In this document: positions 1-10,319 of the stretch, piece after piece | How positions within the stretch are numbered: the first letter of the stretch is position 1 | Layout: each line of letters opens with the position of its first letter | Virus record (IMG/VR): IMGVR_UViG_3300005662_008418 | Origin: an uncultured virus (IMG/VR IMGVR_UViG_3300005662_008418) | Taxonomy: Duplodnaviria > Heunggongvirae > Uroviricota > Caudoviricetes | Reading direction: 5' to 3' (one strand) | Length of the DNA: 64,000 bases | The notes under the pieces: generated by a model | What the model was told of the DNA's origin: nothing | Seen by the model: only the letters and a program-made list of their open reading frames with translations | Databases searched by the model: none | Position numbers and translations under genes: made by a program

Positions 1-2232
1 CCCTATAGACGCATTTGTTATCCTATAAGGCTCCGACTGAGACATGCAACTCATGAAATATGAGCCAACTTCTTCATAAAATCTGTGTGGATGGAATGCG
101 TTTCCTCCAGAAAAATTAACTGATACACCTATTTTAGATGTACCTATGCATGGTCTTCTTTCCAATTGACCACTAAGATCTTTTATAGCATTAGGATATA
201 AATAGCTTTTAAGTCTGTCTGGTATCTGATATTTTTTAGCAGCATCATCAGATCCGTTTCTTATAAAATATACAGAATCAGCGATAGAGCGCAATGGATA
301 ATATCTATTGGCTCTTATTGATTCAAAGTCTCCATCATTAGCATGCTGCTCATAAGACTTAATGGATTGCCTCATGAATGCTCTACCAGATCCTCTTGAT
401 ATGGGCATCGCAAGACTGTATTTATTCAAATTGAATGATTTTTCTGGGCCCCTAGAAAAAATTTGCAATATAGGAGATCCATTATTTGACTGAATGGATG
501 GATTTAAGTTTTCTACTAATGCTTCCTTAATGGATCCATCGGTATTCCCAAGCCACATTCTATGCGCTGGCAATCCATAACAGGCAGAAAGATGATCGCC
601 AGCGACAACAGAAATAATCGGAGCATAAGGGGTTGGAGACACAATACCACATTCGCTAAATGTTGGGATAAGACCATTGCAAGCTTGACCGCCCCTGTAT
701 CCACCAACTTCATTGATGCTTATATTACTATCCAACTCCCCGTTAACTGTGCCTGCTATGTTATTTGATATTAAATAATACAAGTCGCCAATAGTAATAT
801 CGCTGTGGGGCCAACCCATGTCCTCTAGGTTGTCTCCAGAACCGTATGTAACATGAGAGCCTATCGAATCTGTTTCATATCTTGTCTTTACTCTTAATAA
901 ATTGGTAAAAGTCCTCAGGTTTGATCCAGATCCGATACTGGTAGTGCATATGATGCCTACATCATTTTTTTGCCTTACACTTCTATTTTTATCTTTAAGT
1001 ATTTGAATGGAAAATGAAACTATATTTTCAACATTAGGCACTGAAAAATTAAATATATTTGCTATATTGTTCGTGCTCTTTACTCTTGCAGCATTTATGG
1101 CAAAAATATAAGGCATCCTAGACACAAAAGATGTGCCGTCAAGAGTGGGCTGAATTTCTAGATCTGTTTTAAATTCCATTAAAGGAATAGATGGATTTCC
1201 AAATCCCTCCAAACAATAGAATGGATCAGAAACCTCAATCAATGGGTGAACTCTGTTCTCATTAGACCCAACGCTAAGTAATTGGCGCGCTACTAATTGA
1301 TCATAAGCATATAACTGATTATCAAAATTATACAAGCTCATAGAGATCTTGCTTATTTGCTTAAATATATTTCCTCTATAATTGTGCCTACTAGTCAGTG
1401 GCTCTGAATAAACCCCATCTTCTACAATAAAACCCTTATATGAAGGAGCAAGATCGGCAGATGCCTCCAGATTCAAATCAACATCCGTTACATTACCTCC
1501 AGCATCAATATTTGTATCTAAATTTGCAATATGATATATGCATGGCTTGCCACAGTTGGCTGGATCCGTAGATTCAGTTCTGAGTATTTCCTGAATTTCT
1601 TCACGCCTGTTTTCTATAATACTTAATGTTTTATTATTTTCACCCTCTCTAATTTCAACATCTAAAGAATCAAAAAAATTACCTGCTCTAGGCTCTGCAT
1701 AAACTTCGAAAGCAGGTTTTGGCGTAGTTGATATTCGACCTGGAGTGTTTGGATCAACCAGATTGATAGACATATCAAAAGGAAAATATCCCTTTCTCCA
1801 TAGTGGAGCCAGCGTAACCGCAACAATACCACGAGACTGACTAGTTCCCACCATGCTATACATCTCTGGCAATGTAAGAGGAGAATTCGGAGGTATAGAG
1901 AATATGACTGGGGGATCGCCAAGGGCATAAGATCCACCGAATCCTGATTCGTTTGCTGGTATTGACGAATTGACTTTAATATCAAATATAACACGGTCAG
2001 GCAGAGATGCCAGCATCTCTGCGCCGAGAGCTATCTTATTTAATTTTCCTTTTTCTATATTAAAATGCCGAGCAGAAATCGGCATCCCGTTTTTCTCCGC
2101 AACAACAACTATGCTAGTAATGTCTGCAGAAGTTCCCACTGAGCCCTGCGAAGTCATAGAATTCCCAGTTATATTCTTAACTGAAGAAAACTCAGACTCA
2201 CTTTGTATGTTTGTATTTTTAATTTCTTCCAT
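1..2232 (-). CDS. Large hypothetical protein, >744 aa, truncated at the window start (possibly structural)
   Basis: Manual translation: the ATG at 2232 overlaps the upstream TAA (TAATG). It reads MEEIKNTNIQSESEFSSVKNITG... with no stop codon down to base 1. Absent from the ORF track because the stop lies outside the window. Confidence 0.8.
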   Translation of the reverse strand, partial: MEEIKNTNIQSESEFSSVKNITGNSMTSQGSVGTSADITSIVVVAEKNGMPISARHFNIEKGKLNKIALGAEMLASLPDRVIFDIKVNSSIPANESGFGGSYALGDPPVIFSIPPNSPLTLPEMYSMVGTSQSRGIVAVTLAPLWRKGYFPFDMSINLVDPNTPGRISTTPKPAFEVYAEPRAGNFFDSLDVEIREGENNKTLSIIENRREEIQEILRTESTDPANCGKPCIYHIANLDTNIDAGGNVTDVDLNLEASADLAPSYKGFIVEDGVYSEPLTSRHNYRGNIFKQISKISMSLYNFDNQLYAYDQLVARQLLSVGSNENRVHPLIEVSDPFYCLEGFGNPSIPLMEFKTDLEIQPTLDGTSFVSRMPYIFAINAARVKSTNNIANIFNFSVPNVENIVSFSIQILKDKNRSVRQKNDVGIICTTSIGSGSNLRTFTNLLRVKTRYETDSIGSHVTYGSGDNLEDMGWPHSDITIGDLYYLISNNIAGTVNGELDSNISINEVGGYRGGQACNGLIPTFSECGIVSPTPYAPIISVVAGDHLSACYGLPAHRMWLGNTDGSIKEALVENLNPSIQSNNGSPILQIFSRGPEKSFNLNKYSLAMPISRGSGRAFMRQSIKSYEQHANDGDFESIRANRYYPLRSIADSVYFIRNGSDDAAKKYQIPDRLKSYLYPNAIKDLSGQLERRPCIGTSKIGVSVNFSGGNAFHPHRFYEEVGSYFMSCMSQSEPYRITNASIG

Positions 2233-3149
2233 TATGTAAGATCTGTGTCTAATTGCATCAGGGTTCTAGGATTATCATTTTCATACTTGATCATCTTGCC
2301 AGAAAAATCGACTGTAAAATCTTTATCTCCAATATGAATAACTGTGCCAATGTTTCCACCAGGCATTCCATTTGAAGGTCTAGCTCTTACCCTTGAGCCC
2401 AGCATCGGTGGCCAACATGAAGCCAACTTAACTACATCTGAAGAAAAAATTGGATTTGACATCCATGTTTCTGCATTATAGTCTGGAGGCACTCTTCTGA
2501 AAAACTTGCTCTCTTCCGTTTTCCCCCAAGCATCTTTTAGCGATTTTGAGAGTGCTTCATATGGAGTGTCTGCCTCCACGGACTCTTTTATTCCCAATTT
2601 TGGGATATTAATCTCGTAAGATGCGCTAGTTTTTATAAAATTTATAAAACTATTTACAGGTATAGAATTGCCGTATTTTTTACTGATTCTATCGGCAGTA
2701 TCCATGAATTTTGAATCACAGATTATACAGTCGATAGCCCCCATAAAATTTCCCACAGAACCGTGCAGCAAATTAAATGAACCTATTTTTTTAACACTTT
2801 TTTCTTTCTTAATTTTAATCCCAAACACATCATGAGCATAATTTTTTTCCAGACTTCTTATATGATGGCAAAGCCTGGGATGAAAAGAAAACATCTTATC
2901 CTGACCAAGCCAAGCATCAAGTTCCAGAGGAAAGCAAGGCACAAACAAGCCATCCTCGATCTGATACTTGGAAATTTCAGCAAGCACAGTTTCTGGAAAA
3001 TGAATGAATCGTTTTCCTATAAACCTGTCATTGGAAATTGCAGAAAGAATAGCCATGCTTTCTTCTTTACTGCAATTACCAATCATATTAAATATGTATT
3101 CTTGCAACGACTTGTTCACTTCAAGTCCTTTTTTTGCGAGAACATACAT
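2232..3149 (-). CDS. Hypothetical protein with a possible C-terminal SH3/KOW-like barrel
   Basis: 305-aa ORF; the C-terminal GSRVRARP..GNIGTVIHIG..FTVDF pattern resembles small beta-barrels. Confidence 0.6.
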   Translation of the reverse strand: MYVLAKKGLEVNKSLQEYIFNMIGNCSKEESMAILSAISNDRFIGKRFIHFPETVLAEISKYQIEDGLFVPCFPLELDAWLGQDKMFSFHPRLCHHIRSLEKNYAHDVFGIKIKKEKSVKKIGSFNLLHGSVGNFMGAIDCIICDSKFMDTADRISKKYGNSIPVNSFINFIKTSASYEINIPKLGIKESVEADTPYEALSKSLKDAWGKTEESKFFRRVPPDYNAETWMSNPIFSSDVVKLASCWPPMLGSRVRARPSNGMPGGNIGTVIHIGDKDFTVDFSGKMIKYENDNPRTLMQLDTDLT

Positions 3150-3315
3150 TGCACCCCGGCTGGGCGCTACTGGTTGAAGAATTGCTCTTTACGGAATTTT
3201 GAGGATTTGAAGCAGTATTGTTGGATGGTGGTCTAACTCTAGATCCAGATGTATTCCTACTACTGGCACTTATTTTCCTCAGAAGTTCTAGTCTTTGTTG
3301 ATCAGTTTTGTCCAT
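3121..3315 (-). CDS. Small hypothetical protein
   Basis: 64-aa ORF filling the gap between neighbours, with short overlaps typical of this genome; ends in CxxC plus a basic tail. Confidence 0.45.
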   Translation of the reverse strand: MDKTDQQRLELLRKISASSRNTSGSRVRPPSNNTASNPQNSVKSNSSTSSAQPGCNVCSRKKRT

Positions 3316-3967
3316 TTTCTATCAAACCTCCTAAATCGTGTTCTAATACATCAACCACATTCATGAGTACTTTCCTTACTTCTTGGCTTGGAGTAGCACT
3401 AAGCTGAACCTGAACAATTTGCTGTATCTTTTCAATTACTATTTTGACAGGTTCGGTGGTTTTCCTGTAGTCATCTATCTGTTGTTGAATAGATAATATA
3501 GCAGATGATAATTTTGCTACAGTTTCTGATATTTTTACGGATTCGGCATCGTCCCGACCATCCGCGACAGCAGCTAGTTGAATTATCCTTCTTTCGAGCA
3601 TCGATATCAAGGCTTCCAGCCTCTGCTCCTTCTTTCTTTCGATTGAGCACCATTCAGCCATATTTTGACAGTAAGACTCTATTCTTTCCTGACTTAAAGC
3701 TGATGTTAAATGACTTAATAAATGATTTCTAACACAACTCCAACTGATCTTATTATCATTTTGTTCTAAAAACCTATGAACATGACTAATATTTCTAGTT
3801 TGAACATACAATTCTTCTGCCTGCTGCCTAATAGGAGAATTGCACAACTTGCAATTCGAATATATCTTAAATGAAGGTATTTTTTCTATATTAAGAAAAA
3901 AGGAATTGTCTGGCGAAGAAGACTCATTCTTAACTGTAATTGGATTATTATTTTGATTTTGGTTCAT
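3302..3967 (-). CDS. Hypothetical protein with a CxxC...HxxxH Zn-finger/HTH-like N-terminus and a coiled-coil C-terminus
   Basis: CKLCNSP...RNHLLSH; helical heptads in the C-terminal half. Confidence 0.6.
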   Translation of the reverse strand: MNQNQNNNPITVKNESSSPDNSFFLNIEKIPSFKIYSNCKLCNSPIRQQAEELYVQTRNISHVHRFLEQNDNKISWSCVRNHLLSHLTSALSQERIESYCQNMAEWCSIERKKEQRLEALISMLERRIIQLAAVADGRDDAESVKISETVAKLSSAILSIQQQIDDYRKTTEPVKIVIEKIQQIVQVQLSATPSQEVRKVLMNVVDVLEHDLGGLIENGQN

Positions 3968-4190
3968 TTTGTATCTTTTTTATCAGTAAAGATGCCATTT
4001 GTTTAAATTTTTTCGGGCTATCCAATGCTATAAATATCATTTTGTCCATAAGTAGGGATACCTCTTCATCTTGCGGTTTCTCCCTATCCTTAATATCGAT
4101 TATAAGCAACTTAGCCTTACCAGGATCTCCGTCACAGAGAAAGGCAGCCATTACCACTTGATTAATGATATCATCTTTAAAGTAAGACAT
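3948..4190 (-). CDS. Hypothetical protein
   Basis: 80-aa ORF on the coding strand. Confidence 0.55.
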   Translation of the reverse strand: MSYFKDDIINQVVMAAFLCDGDPGKAKLLIIDIKDREKPQDEEVSLLMDKMIFIALDSPKKFKQMASLLIKKIQNEPKSK

Positions 4191-4207
4191 ATGTTTTATT
4201 ACAATAT

Positions 4208-4825
4208 TTAATTGATTCGCCCTTGTATCAACATTCTACAATGATTAGCAATAAGCAATGCTTCAGCCTTGCCATCGTCTGAGGAACTTCTTATATAATC
4301 AGAAGAATCTGCAAACATGGTTTTTGCTAAATTGATAGCTTCTTTTTTTGCCAAATTTTTGTTGCGTTGTTTTTCTGCTGCATTGTTTGGCTTTGAGAAA
4401 TTCTGCAGACTTGGATAACTTTTCTTCCATTGCTGCGGGGTGTAAAATTGCATTGGTATATTATGGCATCGGACTATTCCCTCCCATAGTCCATGTCCTC
4501 TTCCAAAAGAATACATGCTCACATTGCCATTACCTGGCATGGCATGAGTCAATTCCTGACATGCGACTACTTTCTTACTGGATAATACCCGTATAGCTAA
4601 AATCATTTTCGATATATCATACTCTTTCTTATTCTTATTATTTTTAATTACAGAATAAGTTGGAGTGCCCAAAACACCACTGCGACCAGCGTCCGTCAAA
4701 AATGCTATTCCACCACCAAGTCCTGGGTCAATACCAAGCCAAATGCGGTCGTTAACAGCATCTATCAGAGATAGCCAGTTTGGGAAATCTATTAGTTTTG
4801 TATGTTTTTGACTTTTCTCCACCAT
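4208..4825 (-). CDS. RuvC-like Holliday junction resolvase
   Basis: LGIDPG, CQE, SFGRGHG, TPQQWKK and DGKAEALLIA motifs of RNase H-fold resolvases. Confidence 0.85.
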   Translation of the reverse strand: MVEKSQKHTKLIDFPNWLSLIDAVNDRIWLGIDPGLGGGIAFLTDAGRSGVLGTPTYSVIKNNKNKKEYDISKMILAIRVLSSKKVVACQELTHAMPGNGNVSMYSFGRGHGLWEGIVRCHNIPMQFYTPQQWKKSYPSLQNFSKPNNAAEKQRNKNLAKKEAINLAKTMFADSSDYIRSSSDDGKAEALLIANHCRMLIQGRIN

Positions 4826-5769
4826 TCAAATGTAGCTTCTAGCCCTTTCTGCAGCGGCCAAGAAGGGGAGAAATTTAGTTCAGAACGAGATAATTTCATA
4901 TCGGCCAATGTCTTTCGAACATCACCTATTCGTGGAGGCGCGTGCAGAATATCTTTCGACATATCCAGACCAAACTTGTTTACAAACCAGTTTAGCACCC
5001 AGTTCAAATCATGATAATCTCCCTGAGCAACATTGTAAACCTGACCATTCCATTTTTCTTCTTTGTAAATACAAATCTTCAAAGCGCTGCAGACATCGTC
5101 GACATAGCAGAAATCTCTCTCTTGATATCCATCTCCGTCAAGTCTTAACTTTTGAGAATTGAAACAAGCTGACATCCATGCAGAAACAACAGTTGCATAT
5201 GCATTGTCAGCATACTGCCTAGGTCCATATACATTGAAAAATCTTAATGAAACTGCGTCAAGACCAGAAAGACTACTTAGCATAGTAGCGCATTTTTCAG
5301 CAGCCATTTTCTGAAGAGCATAAGGACTTTTTGGGCCAAGCCTCTCATCTTCCCTTGTAGGCAAACTCACATTGTCTCCATACACTGAAGACGAACTTGC
5401 AAAAACAACACGCGTATTAGATTTGAGGCATGCCTCAAATATCTGCACTGCCTTTTGACAGTTTTCCCAAAATGTCTCAGATGGCTGTTCTACACTAAAT
5501 GCCACGCGAGGCACAGCAGCCAAATGAACAACAATGTCATACTTTTTACTCTCTATGTCATGTAGAACTATCGCATCGGAAGTGTCCCTTCTCAAATAAT
5601 GAATATTTTCCTTGCGGACTTCTTGTACATCGTTTTCTAAAACATTCATTTTTGATTCATCTCTATCCAACAGATAGAGTGTATCGCTATTTTCCCTCGC
5701 TAGCTGTAAAGATAAATTAGAGCCTATAAAACCAGCAGCTCCAGTTATGAGTATGGACTTATTTTTCAT
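4792..5769 (-). CDS. NAD-dependent nucleotide-sugar epimerase/dehydratase (extended SDR)
   Basis: ITGAAGFIGS, HLAA, ASSSSVYG, YALQK (YxxxK), RFFNVYGP, RDFCYVDD. Confidence 0.92.
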   Translation of the reverse strand: MKNKSILITGAAGFIGSNLSLQLARENSDTLYLLDRDESKMNVLENDVQEVRKENIHYLRRDTSDAIVLHDIESKKYDIVVHLAAVPRVAFSVEQPSETFWENCQKAVQIFEACLKSNTRVVFASSSSVYGDNVSLPTREDERLGPKSPYALQKMAAEKCATMLSSLSGLDAVSLRFFNVYGPRQYADNAYATVVSAWMSACFNSQKLRLDGDGYQERDFCYVDDVCSALKICIYKEEKWNGQVYNVAQGDYHDLNWVLNWFVNKFGLDMSKDILHAPPRIGDVRKTLADMKLSRSELNFSPSWPLQKGLEATFEWWRKVKNIQN

Positions 5770-5962
5770 TGATCAACCCTTTTTCTTTCAATATATTAAA
5801 AATTTTATCGTCTACACGAATGTGAAATCCGCTTTCTGATATTAAGTAGAAAGCATCTTTTTCGGATAGCAAAAGCATATAACCTAAGTCTTTTTCTTCT
5901 TTTTTATTATCTGAAATACTACTCTTCATCGCCATCCTCTTCCGCATCATCTTCGCCGTCAT
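5759..5962 (-). CDS. Small hypothetical protein (start uncertain)
   Basis: Fills the 5770-5918 gap on the coding strand and overlaps the epimerase start. Confidence 0.45.
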   Translation of the reverse strand: MTAKMMRKRMAMKSSISDNKKEEKDLGYMLLLSEKDAFYLISESGFHIRVDDKIFNILKEKGLINEK

Positions 5963-6194
5963 CCTCTTCCAGCATCTCTCTCATGTCTGCAGCGACTTCA
6001 TCCGCAGACTCCAGCATGGACATCGCCAGTTCCCATACAGTAGCTAATGTTGCGGCATGTGTAGCCAGTTCAGTCGCATCCATCTTTGAAGAATTGGAAT
6101 CCAACCTCATATATATTTCATGTACTATTTTTTCAGCGCATGTCGTTATCTGATCAAAATTTATTCCAAAATCATCATCTGGCACCTGAGACAT
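5919..6194 (-). CDS. Acidic hypothetical protein
   Basis: 91 aa with a D/E-rich C-terminus; AGGAAAGAGGT SD-like sequence upstream. Confidence 0.6.
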   Translation of the reverse strand: MSQVPDDDFGINFDQITTCAEKIVHEIYMRLDSNSSKMDATELATHAATLATVWELAMSMLESADEVAADMREMLEEDDGEDDAEEDGDEE

Positions 6195-7188
6195 GGTCTA
6201 CCTCTTTCCTAGCAGATTTATATGCTGATATAATTTTAGACATCTCCGAAGCGGAAATAGATCCCTGCTTGTAGAGCATTATGGATATCCAAGCCAAAGA
6301 GCCCCATGAAGAATAAGGTACTATCGATGCAGCTTCGCATGTAGCCAAGAAGTTGGCATAAGCAACAGGCAAATTATCGTTGGAATGGAATTTATTTACC
6401 ATAAACTGATTCCACAAAGACGAACCATCATTCTTTTTGAATGCCATAACCTGGTCGTTAGAAGCATTACTTGACTTAAGAAGGTTCAGTTTGGCATTTT
6501 TACATTCCATAGAACTAGAAACAGCCTGTATTGTGTGCATATTCGAACTCATTAATTGACTAATAGTCTCATGCAGGCACATGTAATCCACTGCGTCATT
6601 TTTACTGTAAGCCTGAGTTACTTTAGTCAGCATTTCTGATGCGTGATACCCAAGCGCGCATCCTAAATCAGCCTTATCTCTTGGCTTGCGCTTTGCGAAA
6701 ACAATCTCAAGCATGGAAAGAATCATTTCAAGTCTTTCCGCATCGACTTCCTTGCTCCATGATGATGCCATGCAATTCTTAACGACCATGTCGACAATCC
6801 ATCCATCATCTAAATCTATGTTCATTCTTGATCTTACTAACTGCTCTGCCTTATTCACGGAGAATTTAAAAGGAACTTCAACCATAGTTTCTTGCTTCTT
6901 GGCTGAAGCACAGCATTTTGACCAAGATGTCCTTTTTCTATTAATAAATATAAAAAGATCATTATCTGACCAATCAGAACATGAAGAATGGATCTTAGAA
7001 TCTAGAGAATCTATTTCATCTAATATGACAAATACTCGCTTACTTCCGTCAAATACATCCCTAAACATGACATTTTCTTCATACTCTTTTATGTCATGTA
7101 TTGGAACTACTTTTTTACCGTTTTCAGCCTCTTTCTTCAAAAGCAAATTTGCTCTATTAGCAGGACCTTCAAACCATATTATTCTCAC
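6175..7188 (-). CDS. Divergent DNA polymerase III delta (HolA)-like clamp-loader subunit
   Basis: 337 aa directly downstream of the clamp-like gene; FRDVFDGSKRVFVILDE resembles the delta SLF...vvv motif; no Walker A. Call rests on size, context and a weak motif. Confidence 0.55.
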   Translation of the reverse strand: MRIIWFEGPANRANLLLKKEAENGKKVVPIHDIKEYEENVMFRDVFDGSKRVFVILDEIDSLDSKIHSSCSDWSDNDLFIFINRKRTSWSKCCASAKKQETMVEVPFKFSVNKAEQLVRSRMNIDLDDGWIVDMVVKNCMASSWSKEVDAERLEMILSMLEIVFAKRKPRDKADLGCALGYHASEMLTKVTQAYSKNDAVDYMCLHETISQLMSSNMHTIQAVSSSMECKNAKLNLLKSSNASNDQVMAFKKNDGSSLWNQFMVNKFHSNDNLPVAYANFLATCEAASIVPYSSWGSLAWISIMLYKQGSISASEMSKIISAYKSARKEVDHVSGAR

Positions 7189-8402
7189 GACTGAGCCTGC
7201 ACGAAGAAAGTTTCAAAAAATGGCTTTGATTCCTCATCTGCGGACGACCTGGAAAATCTCATTATGATCGGTGCTGGATTGCCATTCAATGTTCCGCCGT
7301 CCACTTCTAAATCGATAACCTCGCAACCATGGGAATTCTTTACAGAATGTAGTAATGAAGCACTTTGGCACTTTATTAAAGGCATATTGCCAGATACATA
7401 ATTACTCTCGCAGTTAATCGACCTCTCAGACTTGTACTGCTTCCCAGTTGAAAGCTTCAGTTTATTAACGACTGGAGATGATATAGTTGTAGTGCAAAGT
7501 TCATTAAGGCTATTCTCGTGCTCGAATACTGCCCTAATACCCTCAAGGACTCCGTCCCACACAGATACATCAGACCTCACTTTATGACTGGATTCTCTAT
7601 CAAATACAACATTCTCATCAGGCCATGTTATGGAATCAGACAAAGATGTAACCATTATAAAGCCGCCAGATCGTATACATGCACTGTCTTTAGAAAATGA
7701 TATAACTACCTGTTCCCCATCTGGTATCATTCCGTCCATGCAGGCTATCGCATTTTTAAGTTCTCTGCATGGCAAAAAGTAAGATGAGTCATCCAGGTTG
7801 GATGAAGAGCAAGGCAAGGACGATCTGGCGAATACTGCGCCATTCCCAGCGACCATAGACAATCCGTCTGTGTCCTTACGAATTTTTACAAATTCATAAT
7901 TGGGATTACTCACGCCAATTCCAAACGCAAACTCTATGCGCAAGATACTTCGCTTGAGTTCTCCCAGACTGCAGGTAATGCTTTTCTTATGCTTTGGCGC
8001 GGATATAGATGTCGGATAGGAATCCCATGTTTTTGCTGGTATCGTTTGAGTCTCGTCCGAATTATCCCTAGATCCAACAGACACGGATGAAATAGATCCC
8101 TCTGCATTTGTCGATACGCTGAGCTTAATGGGAGTATCTGCATCAAAGCTGCAAACAGCCCTAAAGAAAGCCTTCGATTCTACGGCGACTATCTTGCCCG
8201 ATATGTCTTGTATGGAAACCTTTTCTCCAACGCCCATTTCTGTCTGAGCGCATGAGCGATCAGTGCATGACATCATCTTAATTAACTGGTCATTTGCTGT
8301 GTTTCGGCAATCTAAAAAAACTATGTCTACATTGGGCGACTCTTTACCAACATTGCGGTTGGGGAATATTGTATGACCTCTTGCTGCTGTTTGTAAAACC
8401 AT
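7185..8402 (-). CDS. dnaN: Divergent DNA polymerase III beta sliding clamp
   Basis: 405 aa with a three-fold repeated beta-clamp-like pattern (MSCTDRS; SMVAGNGAVFARS, cf. ATDGxRL; WPDENVVF, cf. YPdY..vi); AGGAG SD; next to DnaX and the delta-like gene. Confidence 0.7.
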   Translation of the reverse strand: MVLQTAARGHTIFPNRNVGKESPNVDIVFLDCRNTANDQLIKMMSCTDRSCAQTEMGVGEKVSIQDISGKIVAVESKAFFRAVCSFDADTPIKLSVSTNAEGSISSVSVGSRDNSDETQTIPAKTWDSYPTSISAPKHKKSITCSLGELKRSILRIEFAFGIGVSNPNYEFVKIRKDTDGLSMVAGNGAVFARSSLPCSSSNLDDSSYFLPCRELKNAIACMDGMIPDGEQVVISFSKDSACIRSGGFIMVTSLSDSITWPDENVVFDRESSHKVRSDVSVWDGVLEGIRAVFEHENSLNELCTTTISSPVVNKLKLSTGKQYKSERSINCESNYVSGNMPLIKCQSASLLHSVKNSHGCEVIDLEVDGGTLNGNPAPIIMRFSRSSADEESKPFFETFFVQAQS

Positions 8403-8410
8403 TTTTACTC

Positions 8411-9220
8411 CTATAAATCTATATCCATGCTGTCAAGAATCTGACGAGCCTTGCTTTTTATTCTGCTAAGAGCATTATCTATGCCCTTAATGTTAACTTT
8501 TACTGATGATTTTGGCTTGTAAGGATCCTTATCCGAATTAATAAAATCTGCTATTTCCTGATAGCTCATACGCTTTGCGTATAGTGCCAATACCTTCTTC
8601 TCAAAGCTACTTAACTGCGAAAATAGCTCACCCACTACTCTTCTAAGTGCTTCCTTACGCTCTATTTTAGATGAAAACTGCTCAACTCCGTCAGCAAGTA
8701 TAGAACTAAAATCAAAATCATCTTTTGTACTATGGGGATTACTAAAACTTATTGATGTATTAAGAGCTGCTTTTTTATTTTGAAAACTTGTTTTCAGCAA
8801 AGTACTCAAATGCCTTTTTGTGCATAGTGCTGCAAACTTTTCAAATCCCACAAAGTCATCACCTATTATCCTACTAGTATCAAAATCTGAAATAGCCTTA
8901 AATCTTACTGCATACATTGCTTCTTGATACAGATCATCTGAATGATATCCTGGTATGTTAAATTTACCCACTATTCTTCTAATCAAAGGATCTATTCTCG
9001 ACACTATTTGCTTGAATAGAGACTCTTTTTCATTCTTGCCTTTAGCCTTTTGCATTTTAATGACTATTTCAGCAACAGAGCCGTCCGCAGCGGAAGGCTT
9101 AGGCTGCGAGCCCACGCTTTCTTTTTTACGAGTTTTAGCGCTCGTCTTTGACTTAGACTTAGTCTTAGTCTTCTTATTTACTGGCTGATGCTTCTTGGAG
9201 ATTTTTTTCTTGCTTGCCAT
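8411..9220 (-). CDS. RNA polymerase sigma-70 family factor, SigH-like, with a Lys-rich N-terminal extension
   Basis: DDLYQEA, FEKFAALCTKRH, KAALNTSIS, LSSFEKKVLALY...SYQEIA...KGIDNALSRIKSK; matches the sigma-H region 4 pattern KSIDNALQRVKRK. Confidence 0.85.
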   Translation of the reverse strand: MASKKKISKKHQPVNKKTKTKSKSKTSAKTRKKESVGSQPKPSAADGSVAEIVIKMQKAKGKNEKESLFKQIVSRIDPLIRRIVGKFNIPGYHSDDLYQEAMYAVRFKAISDFDTSRIIGDDFVGFEKFAALCTKRHLSTLLKTSFQNKKAALNTSISFSNPHSTKDDFDFSSILADGVEQFSSKIERKEALRRVVGELFSQLSSFEKKVLALYAKRMSYQEIADFINSDKDPYKPKSSVKVNIKGIDNALSRIKSKARQILDSMDIDL

Positions 9221-10319
9221 TTTTAACCCTATGTGCAGATATTATCATGCGCACAATAAGCGAGTCCAAGGCAAGATGGGGATTCATGCCAGCGTTAATT
9301 GACTCATGAGCATTCTTGAGTGAATCTATAAAATCCAAAACAAGTTGCGTCTCGCATGAAGAAGCCAAACCTTTAGCCCTTGACAGAGAGAGAGCACACA
9401 CATTAGACATTTTACTTATATTTTTGCATGTTCTGATTAGCAATATATTTCTTACGACAGTTACGATGCCAGATATGAAATCAAATGGAGAAATGCCAGA
9501 CGCTATAGCCTGATTTGCTTTAATCATGGCATTCGTGGCATCTTTATCCAATATATACTTCATAACATCTTCGTAAAAGCCATCGGAAACTATACCGCAA
9601 CAATTTGTGACAACAGATTCATCTATTGTCGAACCGTTAGCTGTGGTTGCACACTTCTCTAGTAATTGTATGGCTAGGCGCATACATCCAGAACTGGCTC
9701 TAGATATATTGTTTATAGCAGAGTCTTCTGCATCGAAAGATTCTAATTGACAAATTTCCTTGAGTCTCTGAGATATCAATTCATTAGAAATTGACATAAA
9801 ATGAAGAGTTATGCATCTTCCGAATATCGTGTCTTTTAGTTTTTCAGGCTCAGTTGTGCATAGAACAAACACCGTGGAGCTCGGAGGCTCCTCGAGCGTC
9901 TTGAGCATCGCTTCTGCTGCTGCTCCAGTAAGACCGTGTGCTTCGTCTACTATGACGAACCTTTTCCTGCACTCAAAAGGAGCATACTTTATTTCTACTC
10001 TCAAGTTACGAATATCATCAATGCTGCGATTGCTTGCTGCGTCTATCTCCTTAACATCTACACATTTACCATTTAGTATCTTATCTTCGATACTTCCGTT
10101 AGAATGAGATATGTCCACCGTTGGACCATCACTCGCGTTCACGCTTGCGGCGAATATTCTAGCAGCAGTTGTTTTTCCTACTCCACTAGGACCGCAAAAA
10201 AGGTAGGCATGGTGAACAGCATTGGTGGAAATTGCGTTACGCAGATACTCTACGACGTATGGTTGTCCATAAACATCAGATAGAGATTGTGGTCTATATT
10301 TATTTGCTAGAGCAGACAC
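9174..10319 (-). CDS. dnaX: DNA polymerase III gamma/tau clamp-loader ATPase (gamma length)
   Basis: KYRPQ, HAYLFCGPSGVGKTT, EIDAASN, IVDEAH, LKTLEEPP, TIFGRC. Confidence 0.95.
   Translation of the reverse strand: MSALANKYRPQSLSDVYGQPYVVEYLRNAISTNAVHHAYLFCGPSGVGKTTAARIFAASVNASDGPTVDISHSNGSIEDKILNGKCVDVKEIDAASNRSIDDIRNLRVEIKYAPFECRKRFVIVDEAHGLTGAAAEAMLKTLEEPPSSTVFVLCTTEPEKLKDTIFGRCITLHFMSISNELISQRLKEICQLESFDAEDSAINNISRASSGCMRLAIQLLEKCATTANGSTIDESVVTNCCGIVSDGFYEDVMKYILDKDATNAMIKANQAIASGISPFDFISGIVTVVRNILLIRTCKNISKMSNVCALSLSRAKGLASSCETQLVLDFIDSLKNAHESINAGMNPHLALDSLIVRMIISAHRVKNGKQEKNLQEASASK

Noticed and set aside
516..2239. Short listed ORFs at 516-713, 562-768, 1662-1994 and 1970-2239
   Set aside because: They overlap the longer uninterrupted minus-strand frame 1-2232
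9174..10319. dnaX gamma/tau programmed frameshift
   Set aside because: No downstream tau-like frame exists; the sigma factor gene overlaps the dnaX end
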